A stretch of DNA of 54,790 nucleotides from the NCBI GenBank assembly GCA_050749685.1, contig JBOGRS010000003.1, positions 1-54,790 of the forward strand, read 5' to 3'. Below, in pieces: positions 8,770 through 18,033 of the stretch (the stretch's first letter is position 1; each line of letters opens with the position of its first letter). Source of the DNA: Thermoplasmata archaeon. Its GTDB lineage: Archaea > Thermoplasmatota > Thermoplasmata > Lutacidiplasmatales > UBA184. The translations under genes and the position numbers were made by a program. The notes below the pieces were generated by a model. The model was not told where the DNA came from. It searched no databases and was given only the letters and a program-made list of their open reading frames with translations.

Positions 8770-11700
8770 CTACGGCTGACCCTCGTCGTACTCCGCGGCC
8801 GCCGGCGGCGCCATCGTGCTCTCGTCCGCCGCGGCATCGGCCCCCTCGGTCTCCTCCGGCATCGCCGTCTCCTCCGAGGTGTCCCTCGGCGGTGAGCGGC
8901 GGCGGCGTCCCACGAGGAGCCCTACCAGGAGCGCGACCACGAGGAGGACCACGAAGAGTCCGATCGCCGTCGTCTGCCCATCGGAGGTGCTTCCGGTCGT
9001 GTGGACCGGGTAGACGGGCTCGAACGTGGCGAGCTCCGTCGTCGGGCCGGTCATCGTGATCGTCGTCGTGCTCAGGTTGCCCGAGTAGCTCCCGGAGCCG
9101 GTTCCGTTCCACGAGGCGAACACCCAGGTCGAGTTCGTCACCGTGGCCGTCAGCGTCACCGTCGCGCCATCGTTGACCCACTGGCTTCCGGTCGCCTGGG
9201 CCGTGCCGCCCGTCGAGTTCGCGATCGTCAGCAGGTACTGCTTCGTGAACGTGACGTTCAGCATGGCATTGTTCTGCACCGAGACGTTGTACACGCCGGA
9301 ACCGCTCGCCACGTACCGCACGCCCGCCGAGATCTGCACCGGGGCGATCGTCACCTGGTAGGTGCCGTTGAGCCCGGTGATCCTCAGTTGGACCGTCTGG
9401 CCCGCGACTCCCTGCGCGCCCGCCGACGCGTTCCACAGGATCCCGCTGGGCAGGCCCGCGGACGCAACGGTGAGGTTGAACGTCTCGGGCGGCGAAGTGG
9501 GCTTCCAGACGAACTGCGCGGTCTCCTTCACCGGCCCGTTGATCGTCGGCGTGACCTGGAGCGTGGTCGCGTTGACCGACCCCGCGCCCGTCCCGAACCA
9601 TCCCGCCAGCATGTAGTGCGGGTCGGGAGTCGCGCTGAGCGACACCATCGTACCGGCGTTCTCCCATCCGACCCCTGGGGCGGGGGCGACGGATCCGGAT
9701 CCGGTGGACGTCACCGTGAGGAGGTACTGGGTCACGAACGTGACCTGCACCGTCCCGTCGGCTCCCACCTGGATCATGCCCGCGCTGGGCATCGTGAAGC
9801 TCGTAGTCCAACTGGTCGGCATGTATCGGGTCATGTTGGATGCGTTGTCGTACGCGTACGCGAACGAGACCGGATAGCTCCCGGTGGTGAGTCCCGTCAC
9901 GGAGAGCTGCCCCGTGCCCGAGATCGTCTGTGTCCCGATCGTCACCGAGTAGCTCGCCGCGGAGGGGAGTCCGACCTCGGTCACGTTGACGGTCCACAGC
10001 GGGGGCGGGATCAGCTGGAAGGTCGCGAGTTCCGTGATCGGCCCGGCCGGGTGGGCGACCGGGTTCGGCGACGTGCTCGTGATCGAGCCACTTCCCATGC
10101 CCGTCCAACCGACGAACGAGTACCCCGGCTCCGGGGTCTCGTTCAACTGGAGGGCGGCCCCCGAATGGACCCACTGGCTCACCGGCGTGACCGTTCCGCC
10201 GGTACCCGCGGTCACGGTCGCGTAGTACTGTGCGGAGTACGTGAGGACCACGAACCCCGAACCGTTGAGGGAGACGGAGGCCGGCACGGTCGAGGTGTTG
10301 TGCCAGGCCGTGGTCTGGTTCTCCACGAACGACTCGACCCCCACCTGGCTGAGATAGTAGCCCGACCCGTTGTCGAGGTAGATCGGCTCGGAACCGACGG
10401 TGTAGCTTCCGCCGCTCAACGTGGTGTTATACGTCGCGTTCTCGACACCGTACGAATTCGAACCGAGATCGAGGGTCCACGCGGTCTCATTCGGCAGTCC
10501 CGCCGAACTGAACGACGTGAAGAAGTTCCCGCTCGTCGGGTATCCTGCGGTGAACGAGATGTTGACGATGCGGTTGCCGGGGAGCTCGACCGGCGACACC
10601 GGGTCTCCCGTCCCGATCCAGTACATGCCCGTGGTGCCGATAGGGATCGTCCAGACGATGTAGTTGACGAAGCCGAGGGTCGCGGCGCTCGCCACTGTCA
10701 TCCACGAACCGTTCGATGTCTGCGTGAGGGTAGTGCCGGTGGCCCCCGAGAGCGTCACGGTCCAACTGACCCCGCTGGGGAGCCCTGTCTCGTGGAAGAG
10801 GAGCGTCTGATTGAGGAGGAGACACTGCAACGGGGGTGAGTAATAGTAGAAATAGATGCACGTCCCGTCGACGCGGAAGTTCGCGGTCTCGTTGACCGGC
10901 CCTCGGGCCACGAACGAGATGTTGTACGCACTCGAGTTCACGCTTCCGGACCCCGAACCGGTCCACGACTGGAAGGTCAGGTTGAGCCATTGCGTATAAC
11001 AGTACGAGTAGACGCAGTAGTACCCCGCCGGAGTCACGCTCTCGGTGAACGAAGAGTTGACGTTCACCCAGTAGGCCTGCGGCCCCGGCGTGATGTTGTA
11101 GTTCTCGTGGATCTGGTACGTGTAGTTCCAGCAATACTGGTTGTACGAGATCCCGCACGCCGGGATGTTCGGATTCGAGGTGACGTTCACCAACACTTGC
11201 TCGGTATAGTTCTCGTAGATGGTCGATGTGGTCCCGAACGTCCAAGGCGGGCTAATGCTCGCCGTCGAGAAGTAGCGGATGCCGTAACCCCCGTTGACGC
11301 TCCCGACGACCCAGCTCAAGTTCGCGGTCGGGGGAACCCCGGAGAAGACGAGCGAGGTCGGCGCCGAACCCACGCGCTCGTTCCCGAGGATGTTGATCGA
11401 CCAGGAGGTACCGGGTTGGAGACCCGACTCCACGAAGGTGAGGGAGACGCCCGCGCCCTGGAACAGAGTGGAGACCATGATGTTGTCCGCGAGGTCGGGA
11501 CCGGGGAAGTAGACGTACGTCGTAGGGGGTTGGTCCGAGAACTCGTGGGCCCACGCGAACCAGACCTGGCTCCCCGAGGCCACGGACGAGACATATTCCC
11601 CATCGGGAGCGTACGGCTCGTAGGTGACATTGTCCGAGATCATCACCGGCGTCGAGAAGGTCGCGCCGTTGTCGGTGCTGTTGGCGTAGACCTCCCACTG

Positions 11701-13272
11701 GGGGCAGTCGTACCCGTACGGCGGGAGACACGCCGCCGGGGACTCATTGATGTAGCTCCCGGCGAAATGGATCGTCCCATCCGACGTCACCGCGATCGTA
11801 GGATTGTACTCCTGCTGGCCATTCGGTGAGGTGAGCTGGCTGCTCACGAGGTGGGCCGGGGACCACGTGCTTCCCCCCGTCGACGAGTTCGAGAACCGGT
11901 TGACCTCCTCGTTGGCGGTGTAACAGTAGCCGTAGCTGGTGCAGATCTGTTGCGCGGTGTACGCCGACCACGTCGCGTAAACCTGGCCATTCGTCGGGTT
12001 ATACGCGAGCTGAGGGGACGGGTCGACCATATTGGACCAACGGTACGGGACCCCTTCCTGATCCGCCGCGATCACGGAGTAGGAGAACGAGGTGCCGTTG
12101 TTCGACGATGTCGCGAGAGCCACTTCCGTGGTCCAAACATCGTACCGGCATTTCGAGCATCCCTGCGGATATTGGTACCAGAACGTCCAATTGGTCGAAT
12201 ATGCGATATAGAGATTGCCCGATGGATCGGTCATGACGAACGGATTGAGTCCGATCGACGCGTTGGTCGGGTTGAGAATGTTGTTGATGTCGATCTGCGA
12301 GCCCCACGACGTCCCACCGGTCGTACTCACGAGAAGATGGATGGCGGAACGCCCGCCGCCGCTGGCGTTGTAGTAGCAGCAGATCGACGTCGGCATCTTG
12401 CTGTAGTTCATCCACGTGACGTAGACGGTGCTGCCGTACGCGGTGATCCAGGGTCGTTCCGGGGTGAACGCACTCGCATTGAGGCCCGGGTTGGCCGAGG
12501 AGTTGAGCACCTGGGGCGTGGTCCAGGTAACTCCGTTATCGTAGCTCTCGGTGAGCATCAGGGCGGCGTGCGGGATGTCCCACGAGTAGGGGCCGAAGTA
12601 GATGGAGTAGGGCAGATAGTCGTAGGTGGACGAGAAGTTGTACGCGATGAACGCGACGACGAGCGTCCCGTTGGCGAGGGATGTAAGGCTCGGCTCCCAG
12701 GCGGATGCGTACCAGTTCGCCACGCTGCAGTTCGTGTTGCCCAGGTAGATGGGCGTCGACCAGGTGGTCCCGCCGTTGGTGGACGAGCTGAACCCGATCT
12801 CCGACTGCGCGTAAGCGCTCACGTTCGCACACGGGGATTCGTTCGTGTACTCCGTGTACGCGACTCCGAGAACGCCGTTCGAGGTGAGGTTGATGGAGGG
12901 GTCGTTCGAGTTGTTGACGCAACTCGTTCCGTAGATGCACGTCTGGTTGCCCGGACCGTTCGGGAAGGCGATGGCCGAGTTGTTGAAGAAGGTCCCGCGT
13001 CCGTTGCTCACCGGGGCGAGCGGGGCAGCCGGAGCGCCCGCGCTCGCGACCGAGGTCCGGGTGGCAGGGGCGTGGAATCCCGTGGACGCGGTGTTGTGCG
13101 TGGCCGTCGGGGTGGACCCAATCGCGGTCGGCGCGCCCGGGAGAGCAAGGGTACCCGAGGCGGCCGAAGCGAAGCCCGAGAGGAGGAAGAGGGCCACGAT
13201 GGCCGTTGCGGGTATCGCCGTCTTCGGTAACCTCTTCCACCACTTCGCCGAGAGTTCTCGCATGCTCGTCAT
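8770..13272 (-). CDS. Large (1500 aa) surface protein: signal anchor, 6 Asp-box (BNR-like) beta-propeller motifs, alternating GLPxGxxW and InlB-B-repeat-like modules, TM anchor, acidic tail
   Basis: ORF 8770..13386. The start is set at ATG 13272 (MTSMRELSAKWWKRLPKTAIPATAIVALFLLSGFASAASG), which overlaps the upstream stop as TAATG. Asp-box-like motifs: STNGGTTW, SYDNGVTW, STTGGTSW, SNNGTSF, STGGSTW, STDNGATF. Repeat motifs: GYSFVGWTGMGSGS, HYMLAGWFGTGAGS, WVFASWNGTGSGS. TM: AIGLFVVLLVVALLVGLLVGRRRR. Confidence 0.85.
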   Translation of the reverse strand: MTSMRELSAKWWKRLPKTAIPATAIVALFLLSGFASAASGTLALPGAPTAIGSTPTATHNTASTGFHAPATRTSVASAGAPAAPLAPVSNGRGTFFNNSAIAFPNGPGNQTCIYGTSCVNNSNDPSINLTSNGVLGVAYTEYTNESPCANVSAYAQSEIGFSSSTNGGTTWSTPIYLGNTNCSVANWYASAWEPSLTSLANGTLVVAFIAYNFSSTYDYLPYSIYFGPYSWDIPHAALMLTESYDNGVTWTTPQVLNSSANPGLNASAFTPERPWITAYGSTVYVTWMNYSKMPTSICCYYNASGGGRSAIHLLVSTTGGTSWGSQIDINNILNPTNASIGLNPFVMTDPSGNLYIAYSTNWTFWYQYPQGCSKCRYDVWTTEVALATSSNNGTSFSYSVIAADQEGVPYRWSNMVDPSPQLAYNPTNGQVYATWSAYTAQQICTSYGYCYTANEEVNRFSNSSTGGSTWSPAHLVSSQLTSPNGQQEYNPTIAVTSDGTIHFAGSYINESPAACLPPYGYDCPQWEVYANSTDNGATFSTPVMISDNVTYEPYAPDGEYVSSVASGSQVWFAWAHEFSDQPPTTYVYFPGPDLADNIMVSTLFQGAGVSLTFVESGLQPGTSWSINILGNERVGSAPTSLVFSGVPPTANLSWVVGSVNGGYGIRYFSTASISPPWTFGTTSTIYENYTEQVLVNVTSNPNIPACGISYNQYCWNYTYQIHENYNITPGPQAYWVNVNSSFTESVTPAGYYCVYSYCYTQWLNLTFQSWTGSGSGSVNSSAYNISFVARGPVNETANFRVDGTCIYFYYYSPPLQCLLLNQTLLFHETGLPSGVSWTVTLSGATGTTLTQTSNGSWMTVASAATLGFVNYIVWTIPIGTTGMYWIGTGDPVSPVELPGNRIVNISFTAGYPTSGNFFTSFSSAGLPNETAWTLDLGSNSYGVENATYNTTLSGGSYTVGSEPIYLDNGSGYYLSQVGVESFVENQTTAWHNTSTVPASVSLNGSGFVVLTYSAQYYATVTAGTGGTVTPVSQWVHSGAALQLNETPEPGYSFVGWTGMGSGSITSTSPNPVAHPAGPITELATFQLIPPPLWTVNVTEVGLPSAASYSVTIGTQTISGTGQLSVTGLTTGSYPVSFAYAYDNASNMTRYMPTSWTTSFTMPSAGMIQVGADGTVQVTFVTQYLLTVTSTGSGSVAPAPGVGWENAGTMVSLSATPDPHYMLAGWFGTGAGSVNATTLQVTPTINGPVKETAQFVWKPTSPPETFNLTVASAGLPSGILWNASAGAQGVAGQTVQLRITGLNGTYQVTIAPVQISAGVRYVASGSGVYNVSVQNNAMLNVTFTKQYLLTIANSTGGTAQATGSQWVNDGATVTLTATVTNSTWVFASWNGTGSGSYSGNLSTTTITMTGPTTELATFEPVYPVHTTGSTSDGQTTAIGLFVVLLVVALLVGLLVGRRRRSPPRDTSEETAMPEETEGADAAADESTMAPPAAAEYDEGQP

Positions 13273-16200
13273 TAGGCACCTCCGCTCGAGCCGCCGCGCC
13301 GCATCCGCGCCACGGCGATCCCGACCAGGAGACCGACCAGCGCACCGGCGATGGCGAGTCCCGCCCAGATGGTCGGACTGGTCCACATGCTGGTGATCAC
13401 CTTCGTGGCGGGCACCGGCGGAATGAACGTAGCCACCTCATGGAGTGGCCCCTTCACCTGGACCGTGTAGGACTGCTGCGAGCCTTGGTAGGCACCCGTC
13501 CCCGTCCCGCTCCAGGTGCTGAAGATCCACGTCCCGGTGGCGTACGCGTTGACGGTGACCGTCGTCCCCGAGGCGTACCAGCCCGAACTCGTGTTGCTCG
13601 ATCCGACCTGGATCGATGCCTCACCGGGACCGATCACGTCGACGCTGACCCAGTACGAGGTCTTGAACGTCAGCGGGACCGTCTGGTTCCCCGTCACGTG
13701 GACATTGCCCGGCGCGCCGACCGGGGTGTACAGGGTGAGTCCGTCCGGCGACTTCGCGCTCGATACCCCGATCGGGAATACCTGAGCGAGCAGCCCGCTA
13801 ACGTTGAGGTCGGCCGTGCTCGATGCGTAGGTCGTGCCGTTGATCGTGACGGTCCACACCGTTCCCGCATCGAAGGTGGACGAGAGATGGAAGTCGACGG
13901 TGTACCGCTGCGGCGGCGGGATGACGATGAGCGCGAACGACGCGAGCTCGGTGACCGGCCCGCTGACCGAAATGCTCTGCGGGTTGATCGTGCCCGTGTA
14001 GTTGCCCGCGCCGGTGCCGTTCCATCCAAGGAAGTAGTAGTTGTTGGCGGGAGTCGCCTGAAGCGAGACCAGGTCGGACGGGCCGACCCACATTCCGACC
14101 GAGGAGAGCTGCAAGCCCGCCGTCGCGGTCGCCGATCCGCCGGCCGTCGATGCGAGGGCCAGGTAGTACTGCACGTTGAACGAGAAGGACACGACCGTGT
14201 TGCCGCACGCCTGTCCCGAGTAGCTCGCCGGGACGTAGCGCGTCAGTTCGGACGAGTTCACGTACGCATAGGGTACGTCGATCGTGTAGCGTCCGAGCGA
14301 CCCCGAAACGACACACGAGTAGACATTCGGGACCGTGATCGTGCTCGTGTTGGACGAGTAGCCCTTCCCGTTCACGAACACGCTCCACCACGTGCCATTC
14401 GGCAACGTGGCTGCATCCGTGAAGGTGAGGTTGAACCGATTCGCGACGAGCGGGGCGAAGTTCGCCGTCTCGACGATCGGGCCGTTCATGGTCACGGTAG
14501 CGTTCGCGAAGGTGCCCGTGTAGGAGCCGAGCCCGGTGCCGGCCCAGCCGAGGAAGACGTAGCCCGCGTTCGGGGCGGAGCTGATCGTCTTCACGGTGCC
14601 GGGCGCCTGCCAGGACGAGCCCGCCGACGGCGAGACACGTCCTCCCGACGAGACCCCGATCGTAAGCTGGTAGGCCCTGGTGAAAGCCACGGTGTACGTC
14701 GACCCGGTCGAAACGCTGATCCGCGGCGCCAGGGTGAGCGGATCGTAGGTCACGGATCCGTTGGCCGAGGTCACTGGGTAGCCGGCCTCGGAGAAGTTGC
14801 CGGACCGTGTGGTAACGTTGATCCACGGCGTCGATGAGCTGTACTCCGTCCCGTTGAGTGAGAAGTGCCACACCGTTCCCGTCGTGAGGCCGGAAGCGTG
14901 GAAGCTCACGACCCCCGACGCCGCGCCAAGGTCCACGTACGCGAACGTCAGGTTGACGGTCGGCTCGTCCGGGATCGGGATCGCCCCGTCATTGCGCAGG
15001 GTGCCGATGTACTCCCACCCACTGGTGGAGGAGGTCGCCCACACCCCGGTGACATGGTGCATTCCGGTCGTCACTCCCGAGACGAGCTGCGGAGTGCTGC
15101 CGGTGCCGCTGTAGGCCACCCCATCCCAGGTGAAGTGGAATGTCGATGTCGAAGGGATCCCGAGTGCCTGAACGCTCACATTGTAGACACCGGACGACTG
15201 CACCCAGAACGTCTCGTTGAAGGGGCTGTTGACGACAAGGTTCCCGGTAGAGCCGGGACCGGTGAAACTTCCGTTCCCCGTGCCATTCCACGAACTCACG
15301 GGAATCGGGCTGTAGATGTACTGCCCGACCGGGTAGCTGTAAGCGTTACCCATATCGAGGTGCGTTCCGGCCTTGAAGTACCAGGGGAACAGGCAGCTTC
15401 CTCCCTCGTAGTAGTAGGTGGCCCCGCTCTCCCAATAATAGTAGAGGTCCTGGTACGGTTGCGCCGTGTAATTGAAGATTTCAACCTCAACAAGGCTCAG
15501 ATCCTTGGGGTCCGGGACGAAGGTGATCCCGTAGTAGAGCGAATAGTTGAGATAGATCGTCGTCGGGCCGTTCAGCGTCGTCTCGGAAGGTGAACTGAGG
15601 GCGCCGATCGTCAACGTGCGATACCCCACCGGGATGGCGCCGGTCGATGTCCCGATGAGAACGGGAACCCCCCTCGGAACGTTGGTGATCGTGATCGTGG
15701 ACCCCGTCGTCGAGAACGTCTGGCCGTCCACGTTGATTCCCCATGAGGACCCGGCGGTCAGATTGTTCTCGTCGATCGTCAGATTGACGGTGAGGCCTTG
15801 CCAGACCGAGGCGATCTGGACTCGCGTGGTCCAAATCTCATAGGGGTACGAGTAGGAGTAGTACGGGATCGTCGTGTACGCGACCACGGGTCCACCCGTC
15901 GCGTTGAACGCGACGCTGGCCAGGTGGCCGTAGAAGAGGTAGTCCGCGAAGGCATTCGCCGATACATAGGTTACCGTGGCGGACGCCCAGTGAAGTCCAT
16001 CCGTGCTCGTCGTGATGGCCTGATAGTATCCGTTAACCAGGATCGTCGAGCTGCCAGCGGCGCACGAGGACCCGCCGTAACTCTCGTTGTAGTAGGTGTA
16101 GGTGTAGTACACCGTGCCCGAGGGCGAGACGCCGATCGCCGGGTCGAACGCGGATTCGTAGTAGGGCGGAAGAGTTGCGACCGTGCCCGGACCCACCGTC

Positions 16201-17597
16201 GCATTGCTGAACGAAATACCGCCATTCACCGATACACCCGAGTAGGCCTGGAACGACTCGAAGTCGTAGTAGTAGTCACCAGTCGACCGGTTGGCGGCGC
16301 CCGCCCACGCAACGTAGATCGTGCCGCCGGAGCCGGGAGCCGCGATCGAGATCTGTGGTGCCATCTCGAAGATCCCGGGCCCGCCCTTGTGGAGGCCATT
16401 GTACCCGCCGGCCGGCTCCGGGGATTCGCCCGTACCGAGGTCCTTGGAAATGATGGTAGGCGTGGACCACGACGTCCCGTTCGACAGCGACGAGGAAAGG
16501 ACGATACTGTCACCGTACTCCTGGGCATACGACGCCCAGCTGCAGTACCCGATACAATGCCGGTTCGTCGCATAGGCCACGTCGACCTGCCCGGTCGACG
16601 TCACCGCGATCGCGGGGGAAAACGAGGTGTTGTACTCGTACGTGTTGAGACCGGGGAGGACATACGGACCGTTCCAAGTAACTCCTCCGTCGCTCGAGTA
16701 CACGAGGTTCACCGAGGCGGGTGGGGAGGACGTCGAGTTCAGCGACGTGGTGCCATTGCTGATGTTCTCGTACGCGACGTAGACGGTGTCGCCGAAGACC
16801 GCGAGCGAGGGGCGGGCAATGTTCGCGTGGCCGGCGATATCGATCGTCGAGACGTTGGAGAACGTCGACCCGTTGTCCATCGAGGTGACGAACCCGAGGG
16901 CGTCGTTCGAGCGGGTGGTGTACGATGTGATGGCCGGAGCATAGTAGTACGGGAAGAGCTGGGCGGCGGTGACGTTCGCCTCGACGAACGTTCCCATGAT
17001 CGCGCCCGAGCTGCTCACGCCGAAGGACGGCTCGAAGGCTTGAAGGTAGGCGCAGGTGTCATTCCCCAGGAGTTTCGGGGCTCCGAAGGTGTGGCCCCCG
17101 TTGGTGGAGAGCGAGAAGCCGACCCGGATGGTCGTGTTGATCGAGGCATTGGCGCACGTGTTCTGAGTCTGGTTCGTCATCCGGGAGAAGGCGAGGCCTA
17201 CCGACCCATTCTGCAGGAGGAGCGCGGTCGGGTCCTGATCGTCGGGGTAACAGAAGAAGAAGGTGTAGGGGGAAGGGGCGCAGACAAGGTGATGGCTTCC
17301 CTGAGAAACCGAGGGCATGGTGTAGTTCTGGTAGAAGGTGCCGTTGGCGGTAGCCGCTCCTGGGACGGGGAGCTGGGGCGAGTAGTACGTGGGCGACAGC
17401 GTACTGTGGGTCGGTGCTACGGAATGGGCCGGGGAAACCACGGTCGACGATTGGATTGGGGCGCTCGGAGCGATGGAGGCGGCGCTCGCGCTACCTAGCC
17501 CAGCGCCCGCTGAAAGCAACAGCAGCAACACCAAACCGGCGGGTAGGATCCATCGGCGATACTTCGTGGCGCCTCCGAGAGGGCCCGGCGGAGACAT
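13272..17597 (-). CDS. Large (1441 aa) surface protein, paralog of the downstream gene (Asp-box propeller + repeat array + TM anchor)
   Basis: ORF 13272..17597. Signal: WILPAGLVLLLLLSAGAGLGSASAAS. Asp-box-like motifs: STNGGHTF, SMDNGSTF, SSDGGVTW, SLSNGTSW, SVNGGISF, STDGLHW. Repeat motifs: GYVFLGWAGTGLGS, NYYFLGWNGTGAGN, WIFSTWSGTGTGA. TM: IWAGLAIAGALVGLLVGIAVARMRR. Confidence 0.85.
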   Translation of the reverse strand: MSPPGPLGGATKYRRWILPAGLVLLLLLSAGAGLGSASAASIAPSAPIQSSTVVSPAHSVAPTHSTLSPTYYSPQLPVPGAATANGTFYQNYTMPSVSQGSHHLVCAPSPYTFFFCYPDDQDPTALLLQNGSVGLAFSRMTNQTQNTCANASINTTIRVGFSLSTNGGHTFGAPKLLGNDTCAYLQAFEPSFGVSSSGAIMGTFVEANVTAAQLFPYYYAPAITSYTTRSNDALGFVTSMDNGSTFSNVSTIDIAGHANIARPSLAVFGDTVYVAYENISNGTTSLNSTSSPPASVNLVYSSDGGVTWNGPYVLPGLNTYEYNTSFSPAIAVTSTGQVDVAYATNRHCIGYCSWASYAQEYGDSIVLSSSLSNGTSWSTPTIISKDLGTGESPEPAGGYNGLHKGGPGIFEMAPQISIAAPGSGGTIYVAWAGAANRSTGDYYYDFESFQAYSGVSVNGGISFSNATVGPGTVATLPPYYESAFDPAIGVSPSGTVYYTYTYYNESYGGSSCAAGSSTILVNGYYQAITTSTDGLHWASATVTYVSANAFADYLFYGHLASVAFNATGGPVVAYTTIPYYSYSYPYEIWTTRVQIASVWQGLTVNLTIDENNLTAGSSWGINVDGQTFSTTGSTITITNVPRGVPVLIGTSTGAIPVGYRTLTIGALSSPSETTLNGPTTIYLNYSLYYGITFVPDPKDLSLVEVEIFNYTAQPYQDLYYYWESGATYYYEGGSCLFPWYFKAGTHLDMGNAYSYPVGQYIYSPIPVSSWNGTGNGSFTGPGSTGNLVVNSPFNETFWVQSSGVYNVSVQALGIPSTSTFHFTWDGVAYSGTGSTPQLVSGVTTGMHHVTGVWATSSTSGWEYIGTLRNDGAIPIPDEPTVNLTFAYVDLGAASGVVSFHASGLTTGTVWHFSLNGTEYSSSTPWINVTTRSGNFSEAGYPVTSANGSVTYDPLTLAPRISVSTGSTYTVAFTRAYQLTIGVSSGGRVSPSAGSSWQAPGTVKTISSAPNAGYVFLGWAGTGLGSYTGTFANATVTMNGPIVETANFAPLVANRFNLTFTDAATLPNGTWWSVFVNGKGYSSNTSTITVPNVYSCVVSGSLGRYTIDVPYAYVNSSELTRYVPASYSGQACGNTVVSFSFNVQYYLALASTAGGSATATAGLQLSSVGMWVGPSDLVSLQATPANNYYFLGWNGTGAGNYTGTINPQSISVSGPVTELASFALIVIPPPQRYTVDFHLSSTFDAGTVWTVTINGTTYASSTADLNVSGLLAQVFPIGVSSAKSPDGLTLYTPVGAPGNVHVTGNQTVPLTFKTSYWVSVDVIGPGEASIQVGSSNTSSGWYASGTTVTVNAYATGTWIFSTWSGTGTGAYQGSQQSYTVQVKGPLHEVATFIPPVPATKVITSMWTSPTIWAGLAIAGALVGLLVGIAVARMRRGGSSGGA

Positions 17598-17621
17598 AGG
17601 AGCGGCCCACCTTCTTTTGGG

Positions 17622-17633
17622 CTAAATACCTTT
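17622..17633 (-). promoter_or_regulatory. BRE/TATA-like box (minus strand AAAGGTATTTAG) for the tandem propeller-protein operon
   Basis: An A/T-rich element 25 nt upstream of ATG 17597. It resembles the box upstream of the giant gene (AAAGGTTTAT) and of the 39985..41679 gene (AAAGAGTATT). Confidence 0.4.
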
Positions 17634-17774
17634 ACAAAATCGGTCGACGCGCTAAACCGTGAGGCACCCGCCGCAACACGACGCTCCAGCGGCTCGTCGA
17701 TCGAAACGCGTCCCCAAGGGGGCTTGAGCACAACTACCCAAGCGATTTTAAGGGGAGCGAGGTCCACGGACCCT

Positions 17775-17987
17775 GTGGGTGATCACAGCACGGTGAGGGC
17801 GGCAACCACCGACTCCTTGTACCTTCCCTTCCTGGTCGCCGCAGCGCTCCTCATCGGGGGCGGGCTATTTTCCGCCATGTTCTGGCTCGTGACGCTCCAG
17901 TGGGTTTGGTTTGCCGGAATCGGACTTCTCGTGCTCGGAGCCTTGATGCTCTTCTCGCGCCGAGCCGGAGCGGATCGCGCCGTGTGA
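17775..17987 (+). CDS. Small 2-TM membrane protein (about 70 aa)
   Basis: ORF 17724..17987. TATA-like ATTTTAAGG at 17745-17753 lies inside that ORF, so in-frame GTG 17775 is the likelier start. Hydrophobic segments: LYLPFLVAAALLIGGGLFSAMFWLV and WVWFAGIGLLVLGALMLF. Confidence 0.4.
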   Translation: MGDHSTVRAATTDSLYLPFLVAAALLIGGGLFSAMFWLVTLQWVWFAGIGLLVLGALMLFSRRAGADRAV

Positions 17988-18033
17988 TCGGCAAACCCTC
18001 GGGCCGGCCCATTTCGTTCTTCGCCCGAGGTCG

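Noticed and set aside
9001-17498. Long antisense ORFs 9001..10839, 10990..11829, 11851..13230, 13206..14837 and 15798..17498 (+), and the out-of-frame 8684..10174 and 13798..14871 (-)
   Set aside because: The reasoning is the same. The sense frames encode Asp-box and repeat-module proteins. These ORFs are shadow frames kept open by high GC.
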